64,000 nucleotides of DNA from Porphyridium purpureum (GCA_008690995.1 VRMN01000002.1:1612001-1676000); one strand, 5' to 3'. Counted from the first letter of the stretch, positions 43,921-56,041 are shown. Numbers and translations are program-made. The notes: a model not told the origin generated them from the sequence alone.

Positions 43921-44574
43921 GGCGTCTGTAAGTGTGTGTGCGAGCCACGCTCCAGCCGCCTCACGTCCTCAACTCTGTTCCCTCGAGCGCGCTCCTCCGT
44001 CCTAATCCACGTTCCACCCGTCTCCACGAATCTCCTCGCCTGGCCGCATCACACCTCGGTCTGCGTCCTGACCGTCTCCCTCCCCCCCTTCACAACCACA
44101 CCCCACACAACTTCCCACCGTCGTGTGCCACACCACACACATTCCCACATTCCTTCAAATCCCCTGTTTCCCCCAGCCACTCGCCACACACACCACTTTT
44201 TCTCACCCTCATTATCTTAAACATTCGATCGACGCACATTGGGTTTTCTCTTATCGAAAACGTCCCAAAATACGATTCCATCCACGCGCCCCAACATACA
44301 CACACAAACACCAAGTCCAAAACCCAAATACGAGCAGACACGCAACGCGCGCTCTGTGTCCACGTCCCCTTCTAAAAAAAGACCAAACAACAACCTAACC
44401 CCCGCTTGACACGGAAAACTGAGCCACCGGCCAACAGACAAACTGTACGTGTCAAACTGTACACCCGCCGAAACCTGGTGATGTGTGAGCCGTGGGAAGT
44501 CAGTGAGACAGAGACGGAACGTGAGCCGACCGCGCGTGGAAACAAAAAGTTAATTAATGTTAAGAAATGGCCGT

Positions 44575-44594
44575 GGCGCGAAACGTTTGGCGCG
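44575..44594. promoter_or_regulatory. Two E2F-type sites (GGCGCGAAA and TTTGGCGCG) upstream of the cyclin
   Basis: Two TTTSSCGC matches in opposite orientation, about 155-170 bp before the ATG at 44747. Confidence 0.5.
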
Positions 44595-44746
44595 AGCGGG
44601 TGGCGAAACGCGCGCGCAACTGGCCAGAGCGGTGTGGGTCGGATGGGGTCGAGCGCGCGGTGGACGGCTCGCACGTTCGCCGCGGGGTGGCAACGGGCTA
44701 TGTTTGTAAATTGCGTGGGTGGGTGTGTGTGTGTGTGAAGGGAGAG

Positions 44747-45886
44747 ATGGAGAGCCCACGCACGCCGATTGCTAAGACAAGGCGACGCGTCGCGCTCAGG
44801 CAGCAGCAGATGCACCATCACAGCCACATGCAAAGGCCACCTCGCCCAGCAGGCAAGTTGGATGTCGAGGCTGTGGTGTATCGCACCAGATCAAAGGGGT
44901 TGCTCTCGTGCTCTGAGCAAGACTGGAGCGCCAAATCACAGGCTCGAACGACGCCCGCGGTGCAGCTGCCAGAGCTCTGCTCGTGTGGGAATGACCAGGA
45001 GACGGATCAGGACAGTATGCCGTTCCCACTCGAGTCCCCATGTTGCTGGCGCGCTGTGCTTCCAAAGGTGCACAGGCTCGAGGCGCGCGCCGCGGCAAAC
45101 GCGTGCAAGATAATGCCAATGACGCCAGAGATGGCCTGCATGAGACGGCAGGTGGTGTCGTGGCTGAGCCTCACGGTCACGCACCTGGGGATCGGGTCAA
45201 ACACGCTCGAGCTCGCGATCAACTTGCTCGACCGTGTTCAGGCCAAGCTACCGCTCCTGCTCAAGCTGCTGAAGGGCGCTGCGATCACGTGCTTGTTCAT
45301 AGCGTCCAAGATGGAGGAAGAGGAGCCGCTGAGTCTCGCGGAATGCCTTCAGATCTGCGACGATGGCACCAATAGAAGCCAATTTGTGATGATGGAGCGC
45401 ATTTTTCTCGAGGCACTCGAATATCGCGTGTCGAGTACTTCAATCACGTCGTTGCTGGATCCCGTCATGCGACTGTGTACGTGTGGGCCTGCTGTTGAAA
45501 GATTTCAGGGCCCACTGCACGGCGCACTGCTGCTGAATCTAGAATGCATACGCGACTACTCGCTATTGTGTCAAATGCTCGCAACGCTGTGTTTCTTTCG
45601 TGATCAGTTCGGGTGCCGCTGCTTGGATGAGGCAATTGAAGCGTTCTACGAGGCGCACCCCCAGCGGCCCCGACAAAGGCAAGTCGCTGCAGCACAGGCG
45701 AAGATAGCAAAGATGTGGCAAGCTGAGCGCGCGTGCAAGATGGGCTTCCTCGAAAACGTATCGCCACCCGGCTCCATGTTTACACTTTCCGAAATCTCAA
45801 GCACCGATCAAGAATGCGGGGTCGCCATCATGTGCGACTCGAACGAACCAGACGACAGACGGAGATCACGCCTTTGGTCAGCTTGA
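44747..45886 (+). CDS. Cyclin (N-terminal cyclin box)
   Basis: MRRQVVSWL..TLELAINLLDR..AITCLFIASKMEE..MERIFLEALEY. Confidence 0.88.
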   Translation: MESPRTPIAKTRRRVALRQQQMHHHSHMQRPPRPAGKLDVEAVVYRTRSKGLLSCSEQDWSAKSQARTTPAVQLPELCSCGNDQETDQDSMPFPLESPCCWRAVLPKVHRLEARAAANACKIMPMTPEMACMRRQVVSWLSLTVTHLGIGSNTLELAINLLDRVQAKLPLLLKLLKGAAITCLFIASKMEEEEPLSLAECLQICDDGTNRSQFVMMERIFLEALEYRVSSTSITSLLDPVMRLCTCGPAVERFQGPLHGALLLNLECIRDYSLLCQMLATLCFFRDQFGCRCLDEAIEAFYEAHPQRPRQRQVAAAQAKIAKMWQAERACKMGFLENVSPPGSMFTLSEISSTDQECGVAIMCDSNEPDDRRRSRLWSA

Positions 45887-46385
45887 TGGCGTTTGTTTCT
45901 GCTTGCGTTTGCGCTTGGCTGGGTCCAGCATAACTTTCTTGTTCTGCGCGCGCGGCTTGAACTTGAGCTTCTCACTGCCTGCTTTCGAGGGGGCTTCGCT
46001 TTTAATGTTGCGCATAACACCGCCATCCTGTGCAAGCCGCTTGCGCATTTGGTTCTCAATGTTGTTGTTGATTGCCGCGGAAATTTTCTACGCATTCACG
46101 ATGAACCGCACGCTCACATGTCCGTCAGTCCCTGCTGTCTTAGTACGCAACTAATGTTATTATTAAACGTCCGTGACTCTCCTTACTTGCTTTTGCGTGA
46201 AGCTCGCTAGATAAACTTTGCCGCGCGGTCGCACGATCGCGCGACGGCACAGCAGGGCTCCAACGTACCTTTTTCTTACCTGCCATCTCCATCTTCTTCT
46301 TCGAAATCGTGCCCTTGGGTGCCAACTTGCGCACGCTCACACGCCCGCCGGCGCTCGCACCGCGGCTTCCAGAGTTCTGCGGCAT
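45878..46385 (-). CDS. Two-exon small basic protein, DUF2462/C19orf53(UPF0390)-like; exons 46385-46269 and 46087-45878
   Basis: Donor AAG|GTACGT, branch-like ACTGAC and acceptor TAG| give an in-frame 108-aa Lys-rich protein: MPQNSG..GGRVSVRKLAPK..KKK|KISAAINNNIENQMRKRL.. Confidence 0.75.
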
Positions 46386-46638
46386 GGCTTGACGGTATTT
46401 CCCCGCCTCGACACTCACCCCTGCGCCGCCTCAGCTTTCGCGCGTACTTCAGGTTGCCTCTTCGCGTGTCGTTTAGATTGGCGGCGCCGGTGCGGCGTCA
46501 CGGCAAAAAACAGTTGAAGTGTGTGTAGACTGTGGTTATTCCGACGCTGAAGTGACCCTACAAAAAGAAGAAGAGTGCGTCCGCAGATACGACTTTGCTA
46601 GATACACTACTGCTATGGGGGCAGCCCACCATTGCCGC

Positions 46639-47610
<972 letters not shown>

Positions 47611-47639
47611 TCAGGCCACACGTGCCGTCTCGCCTACCG

Positions 47640-47690
47640 CCACACACACACCCACACACACACCCACACACAGACCCACACACAGACCCA
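47640..47690. repeat. 4 x 12-bp CA-rich minisatellite CCACACACA(C/G)AC in the fabG leader
   Basis: Read directly. Confidence 0.8.
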
Positions 47691-47919
47691 TCACTCGTGC
47701 GGCTTGTCGATCTCGGAGCTTGTTGAGGTACAGTACTTAAACTGAACCCACATTGACTGACTAAACACTGTACACCTCCGCGCGGGTCAGCTGTACCGCT
47801 GACGAGTTCAGGAGGCAGCGGATGCGCGGTTGGTGGGTGGAGATTGTGCCGGTGCGTGCGGGGCGACAGACCGCATCTTGGCTTGGCGTTTGCTGTGGGT
47901 GCTTTCGTGCCATCAAGGT

Positions 47920-48891
47920 ATGGTGAGAGGCGCGGTGTTCAGTGCAGTGGGCACACGCTATGGCGACTTGAATCAGGATCGAGGGTTTGTGTTTGACGAA
48001 ATGGTGGGCTCGGAGCCGGGCGCGTACCTTCTGGCGGGCGTGTTTGACGGCCATGGTCTGCTTGGGGACCACGCCGCGCAGCTCGCGGTGGACACCGTCG
48101 TGGCGTGGTTTCAGGAGGATGGCATCAGGCGGCGCGTTCATGAGACCTTGTGCCAGCGCACCGACGCCGCTCTGCGCGAGCAGCAGGTGCAGCTCATTCT
48201 GAGAGAGGTCATCCAGCAAACACACGAGCGAATTCTGGCCTCGTACGATACGCCACCGCACTCGGCATTTTATGGACCCAGCGGGCATTTTCACTTCGAC
48301 GAGGCCCGGCATCAGTACGTGAGTGCGAGCGAGCCGGACGATAAACGACCGCTTGAGTTTGGCACAACAGCCATTCTTGCGTTTTATGACATTGCTAACA
48401 ACACATTGTATACGGCGCAGCTGGGCGACTCGCTCGCCGCGCTCGGTGGCAGTGCCGCCGAGACCGATCCAGACGGTGCAAAGGGCACAATCTCGGCTCG
48501 GATGCTGTCGCTTCCGCATGCTCACAGCGCGCGCAACAAGACCGAGCGCGAACGCGTCATGCAAGAGCGCAATCCGGTCCGCCTGGCGCTGCACGCCATC
48601 CGCGTTGGTCCGCATGTGCTTCGGATCACACGCGCCCTCGGACACAAGCATCTGTCGATTGAGCCTGAGTTTTTGGTCGTACATCCGCAAAAAAACGAGC
48701 AGGTGCTTGTGCTCGGCAGTGACGGCGTGTTTGATATCATCGGGGTCGAAGATGCCGTTCGTTTTTGCGTAGAATTTGATGACCCAGCTCAAGCCGCGGA
48801 GGAGCTCGTAATCCAGGCAACAGAACTGGCCCGCGTCGAGGCCGAAGACTCGGTTGATAACACCACCGCCGTGGTCATCTTTTTGGATTGA
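47920..48891 (+). CDS. PP2C/PPM protein phosphatase
   Basis: NQDR, GVFDGHG, GTTA, LGDS, TRALG, LGSDGVFD and DNTT. Confidence 0.9.
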   Translation: MVRGAVFSAVGTRYGDLNQDRGFVFDEMVGSEPGAYLLAGVFDGHGLLGDHAAQLAVDTVVAWFQEDGIRRRVHETLCQRTDAALREQQVQLILREVIQQTHERILASYDTPPHSAFYGPSGHFHFDEARHQYVSASEPDDKRPLEFGTTAILAFYDIANNTLYTAQLGDSLAALGGSAAETDPDGAKGTISARMLSLPHAHSARNKTERERVMQERNPVRLALHAIRVGPHVLRITRALGHKHLSIEPEFLVVHPQKNEQVLVLGSDGVFDIIGVEDAVRFCVEFDDPAQAAEELVIQATELARVEAEDSVDNTTAVVIFLD

Positions 48892-49037
48892 GCGTGAGCC
48901 TTTAAACTCGAGGGTAGGTTGGCAGATGTAAATAGAAATTCTTACTTTACGGAGGGGGTCACGCGCGCTTTTTCTGGGCCAAGACAGTGCCGCCGTAGCC
49001 ATATCACGCGCGGATAAAAGTGACAAGCCATCCGAGG

Positions 49038-49445
49038 CTAGTGTGCATTCTTCCTGGCGTAGCGCAGACCGCAGTACTTGCACACCGCCGGGTACGGCAT
49101 GTCGAGCTTGATGAACTCAATCGGGTGTCCGACGCTGGGGTCACCACCGCCGTCGCACACCACCACATTTCCGTCAACCAGGATCGGGGCAACCTGCTGA
49201 ATCATGTCCATCGCATTGGAACCCCACTTGGACTTGACCTGCGAGGGGTCCGTACCCTCAGGCACTTGCCCAAGCGGAAGATGCGCAAATCGGCTCGGTG
49301 CGTCAGACGAACCAAAGCGTGTCCATCCCTGCTGTCCTGCTCTGGTCGTCGCAAAACCACCCAAAGCCAACCGTGCCCCGTTACTTTGACCCATCACCCC
49401 ACCCCATGCGCGGAGAGCGACGCGGATACGCAATGCGTTTGCCAT
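49038..49445 (-). CDS. NDUFS6: Complex I 13-kDa Zn-finger subunit (NDUFS6)
   Basis: Mitochondrial presequence, then AMDMIQQVAPI..VVCDGG..GHPIEFIKL..CKYCGLRY. Confidence 0.93.
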   Translation of the reverse strand: MANALRIRVALRAWGGVMGQSNGARLALGGFATTRAGQQGWTRFGSSDAPSRFAHLPLGQVPEGTDPSQVKSKWGSNAMDMIQQVAPILVDGNVVVCDGGGDPSVGHPIEFIKLDMPYPAVCKYCGLRYARKNAH

Positions 49446-49693
49446 GGCAAGCGACGCACAACGCTACGTCTTCTCACGCTCACGCTCAACCGCCCCCCAC
49501 CTCCCCGCAACCTTTTCCCCGACAAGGACACCCACTGTCGTCTTCACACCGAGCCGTTGAAGATCGGTGCTCATGAGCGGCGCGAGGTGGCGCAGGGCGC
49601 TGCGGGCTTGAGCTGTGGTGATGCAGCTGCTGAACGAAGAATGGGAACCGGTATAGGTGCCGAGCGATCGGTACAGGACACTCGGCCGAAGGA

Positions 49694-50730
49694 ATGCTAC
49701 TGCGCCCTGCTGCGAGTGGTCGAGATGATGTGGAGCTCATGCGATTGTTTGAACTGAGTATTTTCGAGCGTGGGCGCAACTTGAGCGCGATGACGCCGCT
49801 CATTATCGCGGCTTCCCGAGGACATGAAGCGTGCGTGCGTGAGCTGCTCGAGTACGGTTGCGCAGGTTAATAATACGGGCAATTACTGGAGCACGCCGTT
49901 GAAAAAGGCGTCATCGGAAGGGTTTTGCGCGTTGACTGGCATGCTTCTTCTGTGCCGCAAGAAAGGGGGCCCCGAGTCGCCAAGGGAATACAGAAATCTC
50001 CGAAGCTGCTGGGAATGGGCATGAAGCCTATGCTTGCCTGCTTGCTGATCGAAAGCGGAGCCGAGATGAGTGGTGCGGTTGTGGTGGCTGGCTGGTTGGA
50101 CGTTTCTGCTTGCACCGCTCATTTGCTTGAACATGGTGCCCTCACGAGTGTGACTGGTGCTTTTGGATAGACTGCACAAATGTGTTTCTCGGCGAACGGA
50201 TACAAACAAAGTCCACCGTTGCTAGTTCGAATGGGATTGGACATCGATCTGTCTCGCTGGCATGCCTGCGCGGCGCTGGTCATGGCTATGGACAGGGGCC
50301 ATGAAGCGTGTCTGTGTGCGCTGATTGGAAATGGTTCGGAGGTAAATGCAAGGAGTGTCGGCTTGATTCACTGCACTGGTGAAAGCTTCCGGCAGTGGGC
50401 TCGAGGCGTGTCCTTGCGTGTTGGTTGAGAACGGCGCAACGGTGGATACGGCATGTAGCATTTGAGAAATTGCTTTGATGCGCGCGGCTCAGGCTCGGCG
50501 TGAGGTCTGCGTTTGGATGCTGATTGAGAACTGCGCCGTGGTCACTAGGACGGACAACTGGGGACGAACGGCTCTTTCTCCTTCAACCATTTGTTTTCAT
50601 GCGGACTGTATTCGCTTGCGCCTGAAATACACTGTGCAAAGCTCCGAGGCGGTGACTGATGGAAAGACACCCACAAGGGCGGTCGTGGAGAATGATTCTT
50701 TTGTCGGCAATGGCAAGGCCCGAGGCTAGG
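49694..50730 (+). pseudogene. Degraded ankyrin-repeat gene
   Basis: Ankyrin fragments in shifting frames with stops: TPLIIAASRGHEACVRELLEYG / AQVN..STPLKKAS / LLIESGA / ALVMAMDRGHEACLCALIGNGSEVN / LMRAAQ..CVWMLIEN..DNWGRTAL. Confidence 0.75.
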
Positions 50731-51864
50731 AAAGCTCGCAGTCCGTGCAGCTCCTGACTTGCCACCGAGTCTCTGTTGACTATGTTGATGCGGACGATTT
50801 GAAGCCTTTGGTCTGACTTTCCACACGCGGATCGTTTAAAGACGCGCAACTCGAATGGCGACAGAGATATCGCATGGCCGCTAGCAGATCGGTTTCAAGC
50901 TATTTGTTGATCATTGTGCCGACGTCAGTCACAACGGTGACAAGTACAGGAAAGGCTTAGTGTGCATGGAACTTGTGACATTTCTCGAATGTAGAAGGCA
51001 GCGCGTACGACACTGTACAACATACTGTGGTCGAAACGGAGTCCGCATGGCCTCCGACATCAAAGATATCCTGGTGAGTTCTTCTAGCCTTCTGCAAGCG
51101 TCTTGTGTCAATCACCTGGTCTTGGACCCGCCAGAGGTCGAGCCTGAAGTCTTCGACGATGCGTCGAAAACGTTTGCATGCCCGAGTGGCGGCCACCGCG
51201 CGTCGCACGTTTGCGCACTGTTTTGTTTCACACTGTACTCACTGCACCGCTCCGTCACATGCGTTGTTCTTGATGAAGCTGACAACACACGACGACCGGT
51301 ACCGCGATCTCCAAAGCAGCGGCCTCCTCACCACGTTCCACAAACTCGCCACTCGTGCGTCGCGCCCGTTCAACCATCAAATCATCCACTCGGCCCTGCA
51401 TGTCACGCAAACGCGCCCCTTTTTGGTCCGATTCCAATGCAGCAGCCATTTGCACACAAAACACCCACTTGTACACACAACATTCCGCAAAAACTATAAA
51501 TAGCAATGAGGCATGCACGTCTTGAGATGGAGGTTGAGGATGCACTGAACACTATGTGAGTGGCGGAGTGTACCTCCATGAGAGCGGAAAGTACGTACTG
51601 AGAAGCGATGGTGGGTGGAGTGGGGCGGGGAAGGTGCCGCGAGTCATGGAAGAGAAGCGGGAGGGGCGACGCGTGCGGAATACACACTGTGGGCCGTATT
51701 CCATTGATTTTGGAGGCGCCGCGCGCGCGGCGGCGTGAGAGCGGAAGACGCCGGCGCGGGTTTTTGGATGCGGTTCTGCAAGAGGTTCGAGTCGTGGCTG
51801 GTGGCGCCGCGGTCCAGCACTGTCGGTAACGCGCGCCGCGCACAGCGAATGCTGTAGATACGTC

Positions 51865-53235
51865 ATGCAACGCATGGAGGAGGATACTCGGCACGGCGCT
51901 CGGCCGGCGATAGGAGGCGGACACAGACAGAGGTCGGCAGATGCCGATTTGGACAGGATGAACTCTCCGCGACTTCGTGCGCTTCCTACGCACGACTCCC
52001 ACGCAGGCAGCGATGGCACCGTCTTGACCATGCGGACCGTGAAGTCCTGGAACACGAGGATTTTTGCAAAGTCAAACACACCGTCCAAGGATATAATTTT
52101 GTCTAAGACAGGCAGCCCGGGCTCTTCTGGTTCGGCGCGCATCGCGGCGTCGTCAAGTGCGCGGGAATTCATGCCCACGTTTATTTCCCTCGACTCCGGC
52201 AAGGTTTCTGAGGCATTGATGTCGCACAAGTCCATAAGTTCGGAGAAGAGCTCCGCAACAGTCAGTATCAGTAGTGTTAGTCAGGAGGAAAGAGAGTTCT
52301 TGAATTCCGCAGCTGGGAAGGGCGAGCAGCCAGACTTCAAGGTGAAGGCACGCTCTGGCTCTGCTCCGGCCGCAGTTTTAAAAGGAATGAACGGCATGGG
52401 GGGTGTAATTCCATTTGCTTCTCCAGCACGCGAGCGCGAAGGGGATATTCTCAAGGCTTCTGCCGAGAAGCAGAAAGGCGGTGCGCGGAAATTTAAAGTG
52501 TTTGGTGCCGGCATGGCGAGTGTGGTGGGTGTGGCTAGCAGAGAGGGTTCAGATGAGATGGAATGGGAGCGCGAGGCGCGCCAAAACTCACGCATGAACA
52601 CCATGCTGTTGAAGCGCATGGCTGATGCGAGGGCGGAAGAGACCCAGAACGGTTCAGACGGAGCGGGCCAATTTAGCAGCAAAGACGACACTGTGAGCAA
52701 TGGATTGGAGGAGCATGCCATGGAGTCGCTGGAATCGCTAGGCCATGACAGGATAGATTCTGACGCTTTCAAAGATGCGATCGACCAGCACCTTTTGAGC
52801 GAGGAAGAAGAGTCGCCCCCGCTCCTCGTGATGCATGGCGACGAATTGGACTTGACAAAGAGCGTAATGTTATTTAGGTTTGTCGGAACTGAGCGCAATA
52901 ACGAGAGGCTACGAAAACGCGCTGTAGCAGTGAAGAGCGCAAGTGCTCGCGACGTGGCCCGAAATGATCGGCAGACACCAACAGACCGACTGAGCGAAAT
53001 TCTCAAGTCGCTTGACCGGGAGCGGTCGCAGTCGGATAGTGGTGATTGGGAGAGAGAGCGCACGCCCTCGATTGAAAGTGCTTCAAACTCCAGTGCACGT
53101 GAGCGACCATCTAACATTGCGGAAGACGTGGGAGTGTCTGCTGGCTCCTCGGGAGTGCAAAGGACCGGAAACACTCCAGTGAAACTCGGGCGAAACGCCA
53201 AGTCTGTTAGTTTCTCACCTACAAACGACGCATAG
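51865..53235 (+). CDS. Hypothetical Ser-rich, largely disordered protein
   Basis: 456-aa ATG ORF with no recognised domain. Confidence 0.6.
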   Translation: MQRMEEDTRHGARPAIGGGHRQRSADADLDRMNSPRLRALPTHDSHAGSDGTVLTMRTVKSWNTRIFAKSNTPSKDIILSKTGSPGSSGSARIAASSSAREFMPTFISLDSGKVSEALMSHKSISSEKSSATVSISSVSQEEREFLNSAAGKGEQPDFKVKARSGSAPAAVLKGMNGMGGVIPFASPAREREGDILKASAEKQKGGARKFKVFGAGMASVVGVASREGSDEMEWEREARQNSRMNTMLLKRMADARAEETQNGSDGAGQFSSKDDTVSNGLEEHAMESLESLGHDRIDSDAFKDAIDQHLLSEEEESPPLLVMHGDELDLTKSVMLFRFVGTERNNERLRKRAVAVKSASARDVARNDRQTPTDRLSEILKSLDRERSQSDSGDWERERTPSIESASNSSARERPSNIAEDVGVSAGSSGVQRTGNTPVKLGRNAKSVSFSPTNDA

Positions 53236-53872
53236 TGCGACGCATCCAACATTTCCCGCGCCAGAGGCTGTTTAGTTGGCGGCCTCCTCGGGCGCATGTT
53301 CAGTATAAATTCCCATAACTTGAAGGCCTTGTCTTGTGTGCCGCCGTTCAGAACCCGCCGAATGTCGAACACCACCAGTGGAACAAGGAATGCCCATTCG
53401 GCGTACCCAGGCACACACTTGAACTTTCAGGAACGGCATGTGCGACCATGTCAGCTACTGGCCATGTGTGTGAATCTCTCACACATCCGTCACAAGCGCC
53501 GTCGCCTGGCATGCAGATAAACATCCAGGCCCAGTGTCGCAGCTGAGCTCTGCGCTGCATGCCCGCAGCCCCTACGCCTTGGCTCTCCCGAGTTCGGAAA
53601 CCCTAAAGATGTCTGACAAAATCGCTCGTTTGAGTATGAGACGGTGTAAGTAGTGGTGGAAACGCTTCGGGCTCCAAGTGCGGTGGGTGTCAAGTGTAGG
53701 TCGACGATTTGGACAGGTGCCGACAGAAACATCTGGTGCAACGCTCGCGCGGCTGGCTGGACACGAGGTCGAACGGAAGAGCGCAGGGTGTGTCAATTGT
53801 GAGTGCGTGGGTTCAGAAAACTGCCGCATTCTTCTTTATGCTCGCGGCCGGGCAAGCGCGCGGAGAAACGCC

Positions 53873-55903
53873 ATGTGTCGTGTGGGTGGGCGCAACACGA
53901 TGAAGCAGTTGGGCCGTCGCGCGGCACGTCGGAAGTGCGCAGTGACTGGCGCGAGGAATCTTCGGGGTTCATTGTGCATAGTCATGCTGTGTTCCGTGCT
54001 GGTGCTCGTGCGGGTACAAGCGCAGGATGAGAATACATTTTACATGACTGTGGACGCCGGAATCGGCCAGGACGTGCGACTCGACGGACTGGAATCTGTA
54101 TTTAGTGAGAACGAAACCGTAACAACGCTTTGTGTACGCGTGAATAATGTCAGTCCAGGCTTTTCGGTCGACTTGCTTTTGAACCGCACGCTGCTGACCG
54201 AGCAGCCGCCACCGTCAGTCGGCGAAAACGCCACCGGAACATGGGGTGCTTCCATATTTGTCGAGTCCGGTTATGACAACTCACTTCTGTACGCAGACTC
54301 ACCATGGATGCTGCTGATGTTGGGAGACAGGGAGACGGAAGGGGACTGGCCCGAGTACTCACCCAACCGAAATGTGTTGGCGCTAGATGAGGACGCGCTG
54401 TGGTCGCGAAGGCGGTACGCGTTTGTTGGCGAGAACGAGTCTGACGCCGCTGTGTGGAAAGTTCGCGCCGAGAATCGAAACATGGTTTCAGCGCAGCTTA
54501 ATCAAATGGATGTCCTGGTGCGCATAACTTTTGACCGTGCTTCTGCATGCCCAGTAGGACCGCAGCTGTACTCCATGTTTGAGTCACGGGGCCTGGCAAG
54601 CAACGTACTGACCACAGGCCCGACTCTGTGCTCGGGACAAGGGACGTGTTCGGTGAACGGCACATGCCTTTGCACCCCTCCATACACAGGGTGGGCGTGC
54701 GAGGCATTCGCCGAGCTTACTCCATTCTGGACGTACGAGAATGATCGCGTAAATCCGAACTTTTGGCAGAGGCAAGTTGGCGGCGACCAGTACGACTACT
54801 TTTCTTACGCGGTGACACGACCTGGCAATGTTGCGGCGTACATACTTCCGAATTGGGACTTTGCCGAAAACGCCAAGGACTATTCGACGCCGATACTGAT
54901 CGCGAAGCAACCCTTTGAGAATGGAGGTCTTCATAGTGAGTATCCACAGAACGCTTCAACAAGCGGAGAGTTCCTGCCCACTTTTGGGGATGTGGCTTTT
55001 CAAGACGTGCTGGGAGTCGACACGCAGAGCTACATTCAATTTGTGACATCTTACAACATGCGCGCCGGTGATACCATTCTGATTGCCGTTTTCAATCAGT
55101 TAAAGACAGATCGCCGCGTGACCGCACAGTACAACTTGACCGTACTTAATTGCGGGCAGCCCGGCGAGATTGGCTGCCCCGCGCGAGTGCCGAATTCGTT
55201 CCCTCTCGGGTACGTGCTATTGCCATTGCTATTCACGGGTTTGATCGTGTTGTCTGTTACCACGACAGTGTTCATTGTAAACCGCCGCCGAAACATGCGC
55301 GCGGGACCAGGCGGCGCGAGCAGCATGGCACAGCCCCGTCCCAAGAAGATGAGCCACGACGAAATTAATCAATTGTTTCCTTCGTATGTGTACGATCCGG
55401 AAAGAGAGCGTGCAGACTTTGCACAGAGTCGAGGAGTCTTGCCTGACCCTGAGTGTGGACATAGCGTCGCAGGAACGGAGTCCGAGCCGCAGTGCTGCAT
55501 CTGCTTGTGCAATTTCGAAGGCGGCGAAATGATGCGCGACCTACCGTGTGCGCATAGATTTCACGCAGAGTGCTTGGATCCTTGGATTGCAGGCCATCGT
55601 TCCTGTCCATTTTGTCGGGCTCAATTTGAGGTGACAACTGATGCATCGCTGATATCGCGCTTTTACTGTGCGATTCGAGGCACAGCGGTGCCAGAAACAG
55701 TTACGGCGGTTGGAGAGAGAGAATCAAACGAAGCCGGTCGAGAAAGTGCCGAACAATATCGTGAGCTCCCGCAAGAAGCGCGAAGCGCTGCATCCCCCGT
55801 AGGCGCTTCGTCATCGTCAGACTATCATGCAGGGGACCGGCTTTTGTCCGCTGACGCCGTCGAGAACTCCAGCAACACTCACACCCGGACTGTCTCTGTG
55901 TAA
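53873..55903 (+). CDS. Type I membrane protein: luminal domain with an EGF-like module, TM and cytosolic RING-H2 (E3 ligase)
   Basis: Signal (LCIVMLCSVLVLVRVQA), CSGQGTC..GTCLCTPPYTGWAC, TM YVLLPLLFTGLIVLSV, and CCICL..LPCAHRFHAECLDPW..CPFCR. The start codon is uncertain. Confidence 0.85.
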   Translation: MCRVGGRNTMKQLGRRAARRKCAVTGARNLRGSLCIVMLCSVLVLVRVQAQDENTFYMTVDAGIGQDVRLDGLESVFSENETVTTLCVRVNNVSPGFSVDLLLNRTLLTEQPPPSVGENATGTWGASIFVESGYDNSLLYADSPWMLLMLGDRETEGDWPEYSPNRNVLALDEDALWSRRRYAFVGENESDAAVWKVRAENRNMVSAQLNQMDVLVRITFDRASACPVGPQLYSMFESRGLASNVLTTGPTLCSGQGTCSVNGTCLCTPPYTGWACEAFAELTPFWTYENDRVNPNFWQRQVGGDQYDYFSYAVTRPGNVAAYILPNWDFAENAKDYSTPILIAKQPFENGGLHSEYPQNASTSGEFLPTFGDVAFQDVLGVDTQSYIQFVTSYNMRAGDTILIAVFNQLKTDRRVTAQYNLTVLNCGQPGEIGCPARVPNSFPLGYVLLPLLFTGLIVLSVTTTVFIVNRRRNMRAGPGGASSMAQPRPKKMSHDEINQLFPSYVYDPERERADFAQSRGVLPDPECGHSVAGTESEPQCCICLCNFEGGEMMRDLPCAHRFHAECLDPWIAGHRSCPFCRAQFEVTTDASLISRFYCAIRGTAVPETVTAVGERESNEAGRESAEQYRELPQEARSAASPVGASSSSDYHAGDRLLSADAVENSSNTHTRTVSV

Positions 55904-56041
55904 GCTATGTAAACAAGCAAGAATGGAAACAAAGGCGCGATACGATACTCACCCGTGCAAATGCCGTATTCCAGGGTACGAAGACAGCCCAAAAGCCCGC
56001 TGGCTCTCATTCACAGTGAACGTAAAAGCTACGTCAACGCT

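Noticed and set aside
47761..49083. 440-aa minus-strand ORF
   Set aside because: Antisense shadow of the PP2C gene in GC-rich DNA, with no motifs.
52281..53414. 377-aa minus-strand ORF (likewise 23748..24800 and 16651..17541 on the + strand)
   Set aside because: Antisense shadows of better-supported genes.
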